DNA of 64,000 nucleotides from Callorhinchus milii (lineage: Eukaryota): assembly GCF_018977255.1 (NCBI RefSeq), contig NW_024704747.1, positions 434,001 through 498,000 of the forward strand. Direction: 5' to 3'. The notes under the pieces were generated by a model. The model did not search any database. It was not told the origin of the DNA and was given only the letters and a program-made list of their open reading frames with translations. The position numbers and the translations under genes were made by a program. This document shows positions 1-11,352 of this stretch, one piece after another. Position 1 is the stretch's first letter. Every line of letters begins with the position of its first letter.

Positions 1-1059
1 AGTAACAGACACACACCAGTAACATACACAAACATGCCAGCATCATGGCAACAACACAACTCCAGCAAAACCCCAGTCTGTCAGCCTGGCTCAATTGGTA
101 CCTGACTTGTTCCGGAGTCAGGATTGTGGTGGTGGTGGGTGGGGGGGTTGGAATCCCATTGTACAATGCCCCAAATCCTGGGATCTTGAATTTTACCTTG
201 TCCAGGCACTGGTGGGGGGAGGTAGGGGGGGATCTGCAGTGTAGCTGTGGGGAGGGGGTGTTGTAGTGTCAGAGGGTTACATTGAGCTCTTGTGTGTCTG
301 TCTGCTCAGACGGACATCAAATATGCCGCAGTGCTATTCAACAAGAAAAGGGAGTTTCTCTCTCACGGTGTTCTGCCCAACCATTCCCCAAGATAAAATT
401 GCAGTCACTTCATGACTGTTTTTGTGGACATCACTGTGTGTCGCGTTTGCCGCAAAACACACAGTCACTGCACTTATTCCAGGAATATCCCATAATACGC
501 CAACAATACCTCATAATACCCCAGATTCTGACTGAATCCAGTTGCCACTTACATAGATTTGGCCTCGCAGTTGCCATCAGTTCCTCTCCTCACAGCAACG
601 CTGAGCTCTGCAAAGTAAAACCATTTAGAAACACTCCAGCCACAAAACCCGGGGAGGGGAAAGAGTGAGTGGGGGCATGGTGAGGGGGGCAGACTGAGGG
701 GTGGTGGGGGGAGTGAAGGTGAGGAGAGGAGCAAAGAGGCAGAGATAAAGAGAAGCATCAACAACAACTTGCATTTATATAGCGCCGTCATGCCGGACGG
801 TGTCTTGGCAAAGTAAAGAGGCAGAGAGAGAGAAAGAGAGAAGAGAAGCTGTAAGGCAGTACCAGCACAATCACAGTACATCCCTGGCACCAGCTGTGGA
901 TGCGGAGTATGTGCAGGGGGAGGGAAGGCAGAGACCAGCTCCTCCCTCTGAGACACCTCAATGTTGCTGAGTCAGCCCTTCCCCTCCCACTGCGGCTCCT
1001 CACAGTCCAGTCTCATACAGGACAAGGCATTGTACACCCCCCCATCTCATCCCACATTG

Positions 1060-1235
1060 TAACCCCATTCCCTGCTCTCTCTCTCCTTCCCTATCGTGTC
1101 TGTGCTGGGGCTCACTCCCCCACTGGAGCTCTCTACTCTAACCCCATTCCCTGCCCTCTCTCTCTCTCCCCATCGTGTCTGTGCTGGGGTTCGCTCCCCC
1201 ACTGGAGCTCTCTACTCTAACCCCATTCCCTGCTT
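1060..1235. repeat. Short tandem duplication, about 79-bp period
   Basis: AACCCCATTCCCTGC recurs at about 1061, 1140 and 1219 with shared internal CCCCACTGGAGCTCTCTACTCT. Confidence 0.85.
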
Positions 1236-2575
1236 TTTCCCTATTGTGACAACGCTCTGTGTAAAATCATTTTTCTTCAATTGATGCCCATCAGAGAAAA
1301 TGTATCTTGAACAAGCGTAATAGTAAAGAACTTGCTGGGATTCCCATTGAACCTTCTCTGCTCCCACATAATCACTGACACAAGCCTATACCCTGCACCG
1401 TTATGTAATGCAAACTGTTCCCTGTTGACTGTGAAACCTACACACTGTTCAGTAACTTTTGCAATAATTGTTGCATAGATTGTAAAACTATTAACACAAG
1501 CTGTTTCAGTGACACGCAGAGGAAGCTGCTCCAGTGTTACCTCACTCCTCAATAGGGCTTCAGTCTGTGTGTGAGACTGTGTCCAAACAGCTCCTCATGG
1601 CTCCCAGCTCCTGGCTCCTTCAGCCCATATGTCCCGGATCAAGCAGGAGGTAGATTGCTGATAAATGGGGAAGTGTCTGCAGGATGTGGCCCACACTGAT
1701 CTGTGGCTGAGCAGCTGCTCAAGCTCCCCGCCACCAGCTGCGGGATTATGGCTCAATGGGAAAAGATACGCTTCTGAGCAGTGGGCAGGAAGATGCTCAC
1801 ATACATTTCATGCTGAGCTGTGATGCTGACCAGAAAGCTCGCAGGGAGTGCCTCCAACCTGCCACCCGCCCAGTGAGGCCTCAGATGACAAATGACCGAC
1901 TAGTGATAGGTTTCTAACTGCATCGGAGACATCCCTCCACACACCTGATATTTACACCTCACCCTAATCCCAGAGTGTGCACACACACACACATACATCA
2001 CACACACAGTAGTGCACACAGGAGTGCATAGGTACACACACATACGTACATACACAAGCGTACACACGCACACATACATACACACACACAGACACGGGAG
2101 TGCACACAGACACACACAGGATTGTACACAAATCCTATTTGGAGAAGTGCACACACAAGGTGTAACATAAACATATACACACACACAGGGTGGGATGTAA
2201 CAAGCACCAGAGACTGTGGATTCTCACCAGAGCAGAGTGGGCAGGATTGAGAGCCGGGAGCGGCTCAGACACGGTGTTGGGTGAGGGAACTGGAGCATTG
2301 TGCTGAGCACAGGCTGGGAAGCCAGGAGGTGAAGAAAACTGATCGGTGCCATCAGAGCCAGACCTTAAAGCAAGGATGTTGGGCGTTGCCGGCTGCTGGT
2401 GTGAGCTACTGTGGCAGCATCACTGCTTATACCTTCGCCTTCATTATATCTCCCGTCTGGTGAGCGATCTGAGGGGTCCGAGCAGAGAGCAGGGCAGGGG
2501 CCTGACAGGAGACAAGGGTCCCCTCCCCCTCATCTTCCCAGTTAGGCTGTCTGCAACCACAAACATGTGTTTTTA

Positions 2576-2986
2576 ACCTGGGAGTGTGGAAGCACAGTAA
2601 CGAGGGAGCTTTACTGTGTCTCTAATCCTGACCTGGGAGTGTGGACACACAGTGTAGATGGAGCTTTACTGTGTCTCTAACCCTGACCTGGGAGTGTGGA
2701 TGGACAGTGTAGAGGGAGCTTTACTGTGTCTCTAACCCTGACCTGGGAGTGTGGACACACAGTGTAGAGGAGCTTTACTGTGTCTCTAACCCTGACCTGG
2801 GAGTGTGGACACACAGTGTAGAGGAGCTTTACTGTGTCTCTAACCCTGACCTGGGAGTGTGGACACACAGTGTAGATGGAACGTTACTGTGTCTCTAACC
2901 CTGACCTGGGAGTGTGGACACACAGTGTAGAGGAGCTTTACTGTGTCTCTAACCCTGACCTGGGAGTGTGGACGCACAGTGTAGAG
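2576..2986 (-). repeat. Same 54-bp satellite, opposite orientation, about 7 copies
   Basis: CTAACCCTGACCTGGGAGTGTGGACACACAGTGTAGAGGAGCTTTACTGTGTCT repeated. Confidence 0.95.
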
Positions 2987-3803
2987 ATGTGAGCCATTGA
3001 TTAACTGTCTGAGGAATGAAAGGCAAGAATGACAACACAGCTTTAAGTGTGTGCTTGTCCCCTGAGATGGTCAGGGTAACAGATACATATTTAATGAGCG
3101 GACACTGGATCCCGCAGCTTGCCTCGCTCCAGGAAGTGGGAACATTCAGGGCTGCAACCAGCTCGTCACCAAGGATTGTGCGGGCAGGGGTTAGAGACAG
3201 AATAAAGTTCCTTCTATACTGCGTGTGTCTGTGTGAGAGACAGTGTAAGGGAGTGACGGTGCACATCCATGCCTGTATGTGTGTGTTACAAGCATCATCC
3301 TCATAACTGTGGGTTAGATTCCCCCCCTGCTGTCCCCCTTCCCCCAGTCCTGCCCCCCACGCCCACTGCACCCCCTCCATTGCGTGAGGAAAGTTGGTGC
3401 AGGATTAAAACACGACAGAGGAGGGATTGGAGACAGAGGAATATTTATAGACATTTACTGACAGTGAGTCACTGACGCTGTTTCACTACAAACTACAAAC
3501 TAAAAACTCACAGCAATTCAGGAAACTCTCTCCAGAGACGCCAGTGAGCACCGGGAGCGGCTCCTCTCCCCTCCTCACACACAGCCTCAGCCCCGCATGG
3601 CCTACAGGGCACGGCCCTCCATCACACATAGTCCCTCCCCACAGCTCACAGAGCAGGGGATCTCACACTAGCGTCACAGCCTGAGCCACCCCCCACCACA
3701 CACAGCCTTGCCAATCACAGTCCTGCAAGGTGGGTTAGGCTGGAGCTGGTGGGGAGGGGGCTGGTGACCGCCTGCGGGGTCAGGCAGTGCCAGGGGAAGC
3801 CCT

Positions 3804-6800
3804 TCACTGGGGTGGCAGTGGGATGCCCCGAGGGTCAGTCACTTGCCCGTCTTGGAGGTTCTTGACGAGCTGAGCCAGCCAGCGCTTGGTCGTGGTGTCG
3901 TCCTTCAGCACCTGAGCAAATGTGGTGTCTTTCAGCTGGTCAGGAAGACACTGCCTCAAGGCCTCCCGCGCCCTGCAACACACACAGCGTCAGTGAGGGG
4001 GGCAACACACACACACAGCGTCAGTGAGGGGGGCAACACACACACAGCGTCAGTGAGGGGGGCAACACACACACACACAGCATCAGTGAGGGGGGCAACA
4101 CACACACACACAGCGTCAGTGAGGGGGGCAACACACACACACACAGCGTCAGTGAGGCGGGCAACACACACACACAGCGTCAGTGAGGGGGGCAACACAC
4201 ACACAGCGTCAGTGAGGGGGGCAACACACACACACACAGCGTCAGTGAGGCGGGCAACACACACACACACAGTGTCAGTGAGGGGGGCAACACACACACA
4301 GCGTCAGTGAGGGGGGCAACACACACACACAGCGTCAGTGAGGGGGGCAACACACACACACAGCGTCAGTGAGGGGGGCAACACACACACACAGCGTCAG
4401 TGAGGGGGGCAACACACACACACAGCGTCAGTGAGGGGGGCAATACACACACAGCGTCAGTGAGGGGGGCAACACACACACAGCGTCAGTGAGGGGGGCA
4501 ACACACACACACACAGGGGTGGTGCTCACTAGCCATGGCTTCACTGATACTCACCGGGGATTGTCAGACAGACGGAGGTAACAGCGAACCACGTGCTTCA
4601 GCAGCCGCGCCGACGGCTCTTTGGAAAGTTGCAGCACCATCTTCCCCTGTGTGGACAACAGAACCTTCATCATCACCACTACCATCATCATCATCATCAC
4701 CATCATCACCAGCACCGCATATCGGCCGCTTTTATAGTCACCATCACTGCACACAGCAGAGTCATTGGCCACCACACACTGTCACCATCACAGCCCCACA
4801 CGCTGAGCGATGGCTCCAGGTGTTGGTGTGGCGTTTGAGCTGAGGCCGGTTACTCACTTCTCTGCAAACCAAACGGTGGATTCCAGGCACTGGACGTACG
4901 ACCGGGTGTCACAAAGTAGGATCCAGGTCACACCTTCCAGCAGCTGTAACCCCAGCCTCAGAGTTTCCTCATCAGCTACTGATGGACATCAGCCTTCAGT
5001 GTGACGGAAGGACAGATGTCGCCCCCCCCCACTCCCAGCACTGACACCCCACCCTCCGACAGTAATACCACCCCTCGCCTCTCATCAACCCCCGGCAGTG
5101 ACAAGCCGTCCGCTGATCCCAGACTCACCAGAATCATTGCCACATGAGAGAAACGCTCGTACGTCTGGCAGATGTAGGCCAGCCCCGTGTCATCCAGGAG
5201 AATCTTCTGCAGAATAAACGTGGCGACCTGCAGCGATAGAGAGTGTCAGAGAGAGTGTGAGAGAGAGAGTATCAGTGAGGGGAGAAACAGTCAGTGAGAG
5301 TCAGTGAGGTAGAGAGAGAGAGAGTTGGTGAGAGAGAGAGTCAGTGAAAGAGAGAGAGTTGGTGAAAGAGAGAGTCGGGGAAAGAGAGAGAGTCGGTGAA
5401 AGAGAGAGTCAGCTAGAGGGAGAGAGAGTCAGTGAGGGGCAAGAGTCAGTGAGGGGGGGAGAGTCAGTGAGGGGGGGAGATTCAGTGAGGGGGGGGAAGA
5501 GTCAGTGAGAGGGGGAGAGTCAGAGAAAGTCAGTGAGAGAGAGAGTCAGTGAGGGGAGAGAGAGAGAGAGAGAGACGCTTACACACATGGCAGCCCTCCC
5601 CCCGCTGACAGAGCCATGGGATCTGTACTCACTGTTTTAGACAGTTCACTGCCTGATTCCATGATCCGCAGACAGAGAGGGATAATCTCTGTTGTGAGGA
5701 GAAAGTTAATCACTTCCTGCTCATCAGTTTTCACAAGTGCTCCTGCATCAAATACAACAGTCAGTGAGTGAGTGAGTGAGTGAGTGAGCGAGCGCAAATG
5801 TGAAAGTGAGTGCCGAGGCATCAGACTGCTTGCAGTCACACTGACCACCGGGCGCTGTGTTATGCTCACCAATGACGCCCAGACTGGTGAGACGCAGGTA
5901 CTCGAAGGGCCTGGTTTTGCTGACCGTGTGGAGAAATGGATACAGGAAGAGTGGGATGTGGGCTGCAAGGAAAGCCGACCTGGAACACAGCACCAACACA
6001 CATCACACATTACACCACAAAGCCAACAAGAAATCACATGACTGACTCCTACATTAACATGATTGTCCCTCTCCTCTCGGCCAGCATCCCCGGGTTCCAG
6101 CCTCTTCTGTGGGACAAGTTCCAGGGAGCAACTTTACTGCTGCCCAATGTCTCCACCAGTTTGTTAAGTTGTACTGTGGCCTCTGGCCACTGTGATAAAG
6201 ACTGTAACAGAGGTGACAGTGTCACAGCCAGAAAAACCCCAGCTCCCGAAAATATCCAGCAACAAGGGTTCCCGACACTGACTCTAACCCAGTGACAGGG
6301 TCTCAGCCAGAAACTGCTGGCACAGAAATTCTATCATCCTGACCTGAAACAAGGCACCTTGTTCCTCTCTCTGCAGCAAATTAACAAGTGCTGGGAGGAC
6401 AACATAAAGGAACAAACTGCCATGTGCTTCTCACATCGACCTCAAACACAGGCCTGGCAGTGACTGGCACCAGCCTGCGGATGGGGGGAGCACCGGTCGG
6501 GGGGCGGGGGGGGGGGGCCACCGGCGTGGGGGCAGTGAGGGGCACAGAGGGCTGGGGGCAGTGAGGGGCACAGAGGGCTGGGGGCAGTGAGGGGCACAGA
6601 GGGCTGGGGGCAGTGAGGGGCACAGAGGGCTGGGCGCAGTGAGGGGCACAGAGGGCTGGGGGCAGTGAGGGGCACAGAGGGCTGGGGGCAGTGAGGGGCA
6701 CAGAGGGCTGGGCGCTGTGAGAGGCACTAGCTCTCCCTGGGGGCACTTACCTAGTTTCTGGGTGAGAAGCCACACACTGAAGCAAGGCCAGGGCGTTGCA

Positions 6801-9424
6801 CACACGGTTAGACTGATGTGCTGTCAGTGTTGGGGGGTTGATCGATGGGTAAATATTTACAATCTCCTGGAGAAAAACTAGTATTATATTTACCAGAAGC
6901 AAATGTAACATTTCATATCTTCAACTCTAGTTCCATGACCTCAACACACCACTGGCTCCCCACACAATAACAGTATAATAATAATAATAATAATAATCCT
7001 TGCATTTGATATAGCGCTTTTCACGTCGGGAGGACGTCCCAAAGCGCTTCACAGAATAGACTGTAAAGTGAATTGACTGTATATTTGTGGGCGAACGCGG
7101 CAGCCAATTGCGCACAGCAATGTCCCACAAACAGTCGTAGATTGAAAATGACCAATTTATTATTGTTTTTTTTTTGTTTTGGAGGGATTATTATTAGGCT
7201 CTGTGTGGAGTAAGGAAACTTGCCCAAGGTTTCGCCCTCTGCCTGGAATTGAACTCAGGTCTCTCACTTGCAAAGCGAGTGCTCTAACCACTGAGCTACA
7301 GGACTCCACTCCATATAGGTTAGAGACACAGTAAAGCTCCTCTACACTGTGTGTCCACACTCCCAGGTCAGGGTTAGAGACACAGTAACGCTCCCTCTAC
7401 ACTGTGCGTCCACACTCCCAGGTCAGGGTTAGAGACACAGTAAAGCTCCTCTACACTGTGCGTCCACACTCCCAGGTCAGGGTTAGAGACACAGTAAAGC
7501 TCCTCTACACTGTGTGTCCACACTCCCAGGTCAGGGTTAGAGACACAGTAACGCTCCTCTACACTGTGCGTCCACACTCCCAGGTCAGGGTTAGAGACAC
7601 AGTAACGCTCCTCTACACTGTGCGTCCACACTCCCAGGTCAGGGTTAGAGACACAGTAACGCTCCTCTACACTGTGCGTCCACACTCCCAGGTCAGGGTT
7701 AGAGACACAGTAACGCTCCTCTACACTGTGTGTCCACACTCCCAGGTCAGGGTTAGAGACACAGTAACGCTCCTCTACACTGTGGTCCACACTCCCAGGT
7801 CAGGGTTAGAGACACAGTAACGCTCCCTCTACACTGTGTGTCCACACTCCCAGGTCAGGGTTAGAGACACAGTAACGCTCCCTCTACACTGTGTGTCCAC
7901 ACTCCCAGGTCAGGGTTAGAGACACAGTAACGCTCCTCTACACTGTGTGTCCACACTCCCAGGTCAGGGTTAGAGACACAGTAACGCTCCTCTACACTGT
8001 GCGTCCACACTCCCAGGTCAGGGTTAGAGACACAGTAACGCTCCCTCTACACTGTGCGTCCACACTCCCAGGTCAGGGTTAGAGACACAGTAACGCTCCC
8101 TCTACACTGTGTGTCCACACTCCCAGGTCAGGGTTAGAGACACAGTAACGCTCCTCTACACTGTGTGTCCACACTCCCAGGTCAGGGTTAGAGACACAGT
8201 AACGCTCCTCTACACTGTGTGTCCACACTCCCAGGTCAGGGTTAGAGACACAGTAACGCTCCTCTACACTGTGTGTCCACACTCCCAGGTCAGGGTTAGA
8301 GACACAGTAACGCTCCCTCTACACTGTGCGTCCACACTCCCAGGTCAGGGTTAGAGACACAGTAACGCTCCTCTACACTGTGCGTCCACACTCCCAGGTC
8401 AGGGTTAGAGACACAGTAACGCTCCCTCTACACTGTGCGTCCACACTCCCAGGTCAGGGTTAGAGACACAGTAACGCTCCCTCTACACTGTGCGTCCACA
8501 CTCCCAGGTCAGGGTTAGAGACACAGTAACGCTCCCTCTACACTGTGCAAGATAGGGGGCAGCACTCACACAACACCACGTACACCCGCAGCCCCACTGC
8601 CGGTACCTGTAACAGAGCAGCAATGGTTCCAAACGAGTGCCAGAGCATGGGCGCCAGGTCGGGCACAGATTCTCGCTTCTTGCTCAGCTCCAACAGGGCA
8701 TTCTCCCGCGTCTCAGGACTCGACAGCTCATTAATCCATTGGTAAATCTTTTCCCGATCCACCTGTGCCAAGGCCGTGGCCGGCTGCCAACCAAACACAG
8801 TGTCAGTCACAGAAAGAGAGCACCAGCCCCCTACCCCCGCTCCACACCAGCCCATTCCCCCCCCCACAGCAGTCCCCCCACTCCCCATACCTCAGCCCTT
8901 CCTGTCAGCTCACTGCTCCCACTAAGCCTCGGCTGTTAGTAACGCTCGGGGCTTGAGTCAGTAATTTGAGGGTTCAATGCCCTCCGTTGAGCTCAGTCCA
9001 CGCCGCTGCCTCAGTGCCACAGCTCAGATGAGAGGTTAAACCAAGGCCCCATCTGCCAGTTCAAGAGGACTGTGAAGACCCCACGACATCACTTGGAGGG
9101 AGTTTCCCGGGAACAGCCTCTCTCAAATATAATGTACCGTTCACTTCGTGGCTGTTGTGGGGCAGTGCTGTGCGCAAATTTAGCCACAAACATCCTGTGA
9201 AGTGCTCGGAGACATTTTACTGATGCGATAAGGAGCGAATATGGCAAATGTTATTTACAGAATAGCTACTGCCTCCCGGGATCGAGCCTCAGCCCTCTCC
9301 CCCGCGCCCCCCCCCGCCTCTCCCCCCGCCTCAGCCCTCTCCCCCGCGCCCCCCCCGCCTCTCCCCCCGCCTCAGCCCTCTCCCCCCGGGCCCCGCTCAC
9401 CGCCCCGGCCGCCAGGCTGTGCAT
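3804..9424 (-). CDS. CNOT9: CCR4-NOT subunit 9 (RQCD1/CAF40), 8 coding exons, 298 aa
   Basis: Exons on - strand: 9401-9424 (MHSLAAGA), 8607-8783, 6751-6866, 5870-5979, 5633-5742, 5129-5227, 4555-4646, 3804-3972. All introns GT-AG with consistent phases; total 897 nt. Peptides [50 protein letters not shown] and C-terminal [10 protein letters not shown] are near identical to vertebrate CNOT9. Confidence 0.97.
3976..4515. repeat. Minisatellite CAGCGTCAGTGAGGGGGGCAA(CA)n filling the last CNOT9 intron
   Basis: About 17 copies with variable CA tract. Confidence 0.95.
6528..6722. repeat. 26-bp G-rich minisatellite
   Basis: GGGGGCAGTGAGGGGCACAGAGGGCT, about 7 copies. Confidence 0.93.
6976..7308 (-). 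mobile_element. Full-length tRNA-derived SINE (Ala-TGC-like head, L2-like tail, (TTA)n end)
   Basis: On - strand: GGAGTCCTGTAGCTCAGTGGTTAGAGC (A box), GAGTTCAATTCC (B box), tail GTGAAAAGCGCTATATCAAATGCAAGGATTATTATTA. Confidence 0.9.
7319..8546 (+). repeat. 54/55-bp satellite array, about 23 copies, CNOT9 intron 2
   Basis: Unit GGGTTAGAGACACAGTAACGCTCCTCTACACTGTGTGTCCACACTCCCAGGTCA, near-identical copies. Confidence 0.97.
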
Positions 9425-9554
9425 GGTGCTGGTGCTGGTGTCGGTGCTGGTGTCGGTGTCGGTGGTGGTGGAGGCGGTGGCGCTGCCGCTGAGGGTGTTG
9501 TTGCCGCCGCCGTTGGGTCCTGCCGTCCCTGACCCCTGACCCCGGGCTGTCCCG

Positions 9555-9945
9555 CTCCCGCCGCCATAACAACAATAATAAGACTACAGCAGCAACTGTG
9601 GCACCGACACCGACACCGCAGTGACCGTCCGCCGCGCGGACTCTCACACACGGTTTGTTTGTAAATATATTGTTGTAATAATAGGTTTTACACGTGACCT
9701 TTCAACCCTCCTCCCGCCTGTGTGTCAGTGACAATAATCACAATAACCCGCGGCGACAAACACCGAATAACTGCTAATAACCACACACACAAACACACAT
9801 AATAACCCACAACATCATATGATTTCATGTGTGTAAATACAACAATAAACTGCAATAAATCACTGGAATCCCGGCAGCCCCCGCGCCGCACAGCATTGTG
9901 GGTAACAGCAGCTTCCCGCCATCAGCGCGAGAGAGGAACAGGTAC
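9555..9945. promoter_or_regulatory. Bidirectional CpG-rich promoter for CNOT9 (-) and USP37 (+)
   Basis: Genes are head-to-head. ZNF143/SBS-like TTACCCACAATGCTGTGCG on - strand (9887-9905), E-box CACGTGAC (9691-9698), YY1-like CCGCCAT (9561-9567, 9916-9922). Candidate USP37 non-coding exon donor CAG|GTACAC at 9941; acceptor upstream of the ATG exon at 11299/11300. Confidence 0.7.
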
Positions 9946-9952
9946 ACCCCGT

Positions 9953-10880
9953 CATGTACTCACACACACACATACACATACATGTACTCACACACACACA
10001 CACATGTACTCACANNNNNNNNNNNNNNNNNNNNNNNNNNNNNNNNNNNNNNNNNNNNNNNNNNNNNNNNNNNNNNNNNNNNNNNNNNNNNNNNNNNNNN
10101 NNNNNNNNNNNNNNNNNNNNNNNNNNNNNNNNNNNNNNNNNNNNNATGTACTCACACACACATAACATACATGTACTCACACACACACATACATGTACTC
10201 ACACACACACACACATACATGTACTCACACACACACACACATACATGTACTCACACACACACATACATGTACTCACACACACACACACACATGTACTCAC
10301 ACACACACACATGTACTCACACACACACACATGTACTCACACACACATAACATACATGTACTCACACACACACATGTACACACACACATACATGTACTCA
10401 CACACACATGTACTCACACACACATGTACTCACACACATGTACTCATACATACACATGTACTCACACACACATGTACTCACACACACATGTACTCACACA
10501 CACATGTACTCACATACACACACATGTACTCACACACGTACTCACACACACATACATGTACTCACACACACTCATACATGTACGCACACACACTCATGTA
10601 CTCACACACACATACATACACTCACACACATACATGTACTCACACACACACATGTACTCACACACACATGTATTCACACACACACATGTACTCACACACA
10701 CACATGTACTCACACACACGTGTACTCACACACACACACATGTACTCACACACATGTACTCACACACACACGTACTCACACACACACACACACATGTACT
10801 CACACACACATACATACACTCACACATATACATACATGTACTCACACACACATACTTACGTATACTCACACATACATATA
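9953..10880. repeat. CATGTACT(CA)n compound microsatellite containing an assembly gap (N 10015-10145)
   Basis: Visible directly; lies in the predicted USP37 5' UTR intron. Confidence 0.95.
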
Positions 10881-11352
10881 TATGCTCATACATACATATA
10901 TGTTTATGTACATTCACATAGACACTCATATATATATAATACGTACACACACTAAGAGAGAGAAATGGGTACCGACAGTCAGTGCGTGTATGCATGAATA
11001 TTTCTCATACATTACATTTCTCATACATTATACGTGTATATAATAATAATAATCCTTGCATTTGATATAGCGCCTTATCACATCTTCGAGATGCCTCAAA
11101 GCGCTTCACAGAATGTACTGTAAAGTGAATTGACTGTGTGATTTGTGGGTAAATCTGCACATCATGGAGTCTGTATTGAGGGCTCGGGACTATGAGCGAG
11201 GGCACAGGGGGGTGGGGCTGAGTGAAGCGGGTTCTATCCTGAATGTTCAGCCTGAGAGAGCTTTCTGACGTTGACTCTTCGTTGCCTTGTGCTCAGCAGG
11301 TTACATGGTTACATGGTTGTGGTAAAGTTGTTGAGAGCCATTAAAATCTGTG

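Noticed and set aside
4593-4838. Poly-His and poly-Ser ORFs
   Set aside because: (CAT/CAC)n microsatellite in a CNOT9 intron, antisense to the gene.
7230-7308. tRNA-Ala(TGC)-like genes here and at about 59319, 57570 and 55500
   Set aside because: The acceptor stem is not convincingly formed and each runs directly into a SINE body and tail; they are SINE heads.
7319-8546. CRISPR-like regular array and repetitive ORFs ([18 protein letters not shown])
   Set aside because: Head-to-tail units with no unique spacers, no cas genes, inside a vertebrate intron; 55-bp variants break the frames.
9827-11043. Long His/Thr-rich ORFs
   Set aside because: Translations of a (CA)n compound microsatellite spanning an N gap.
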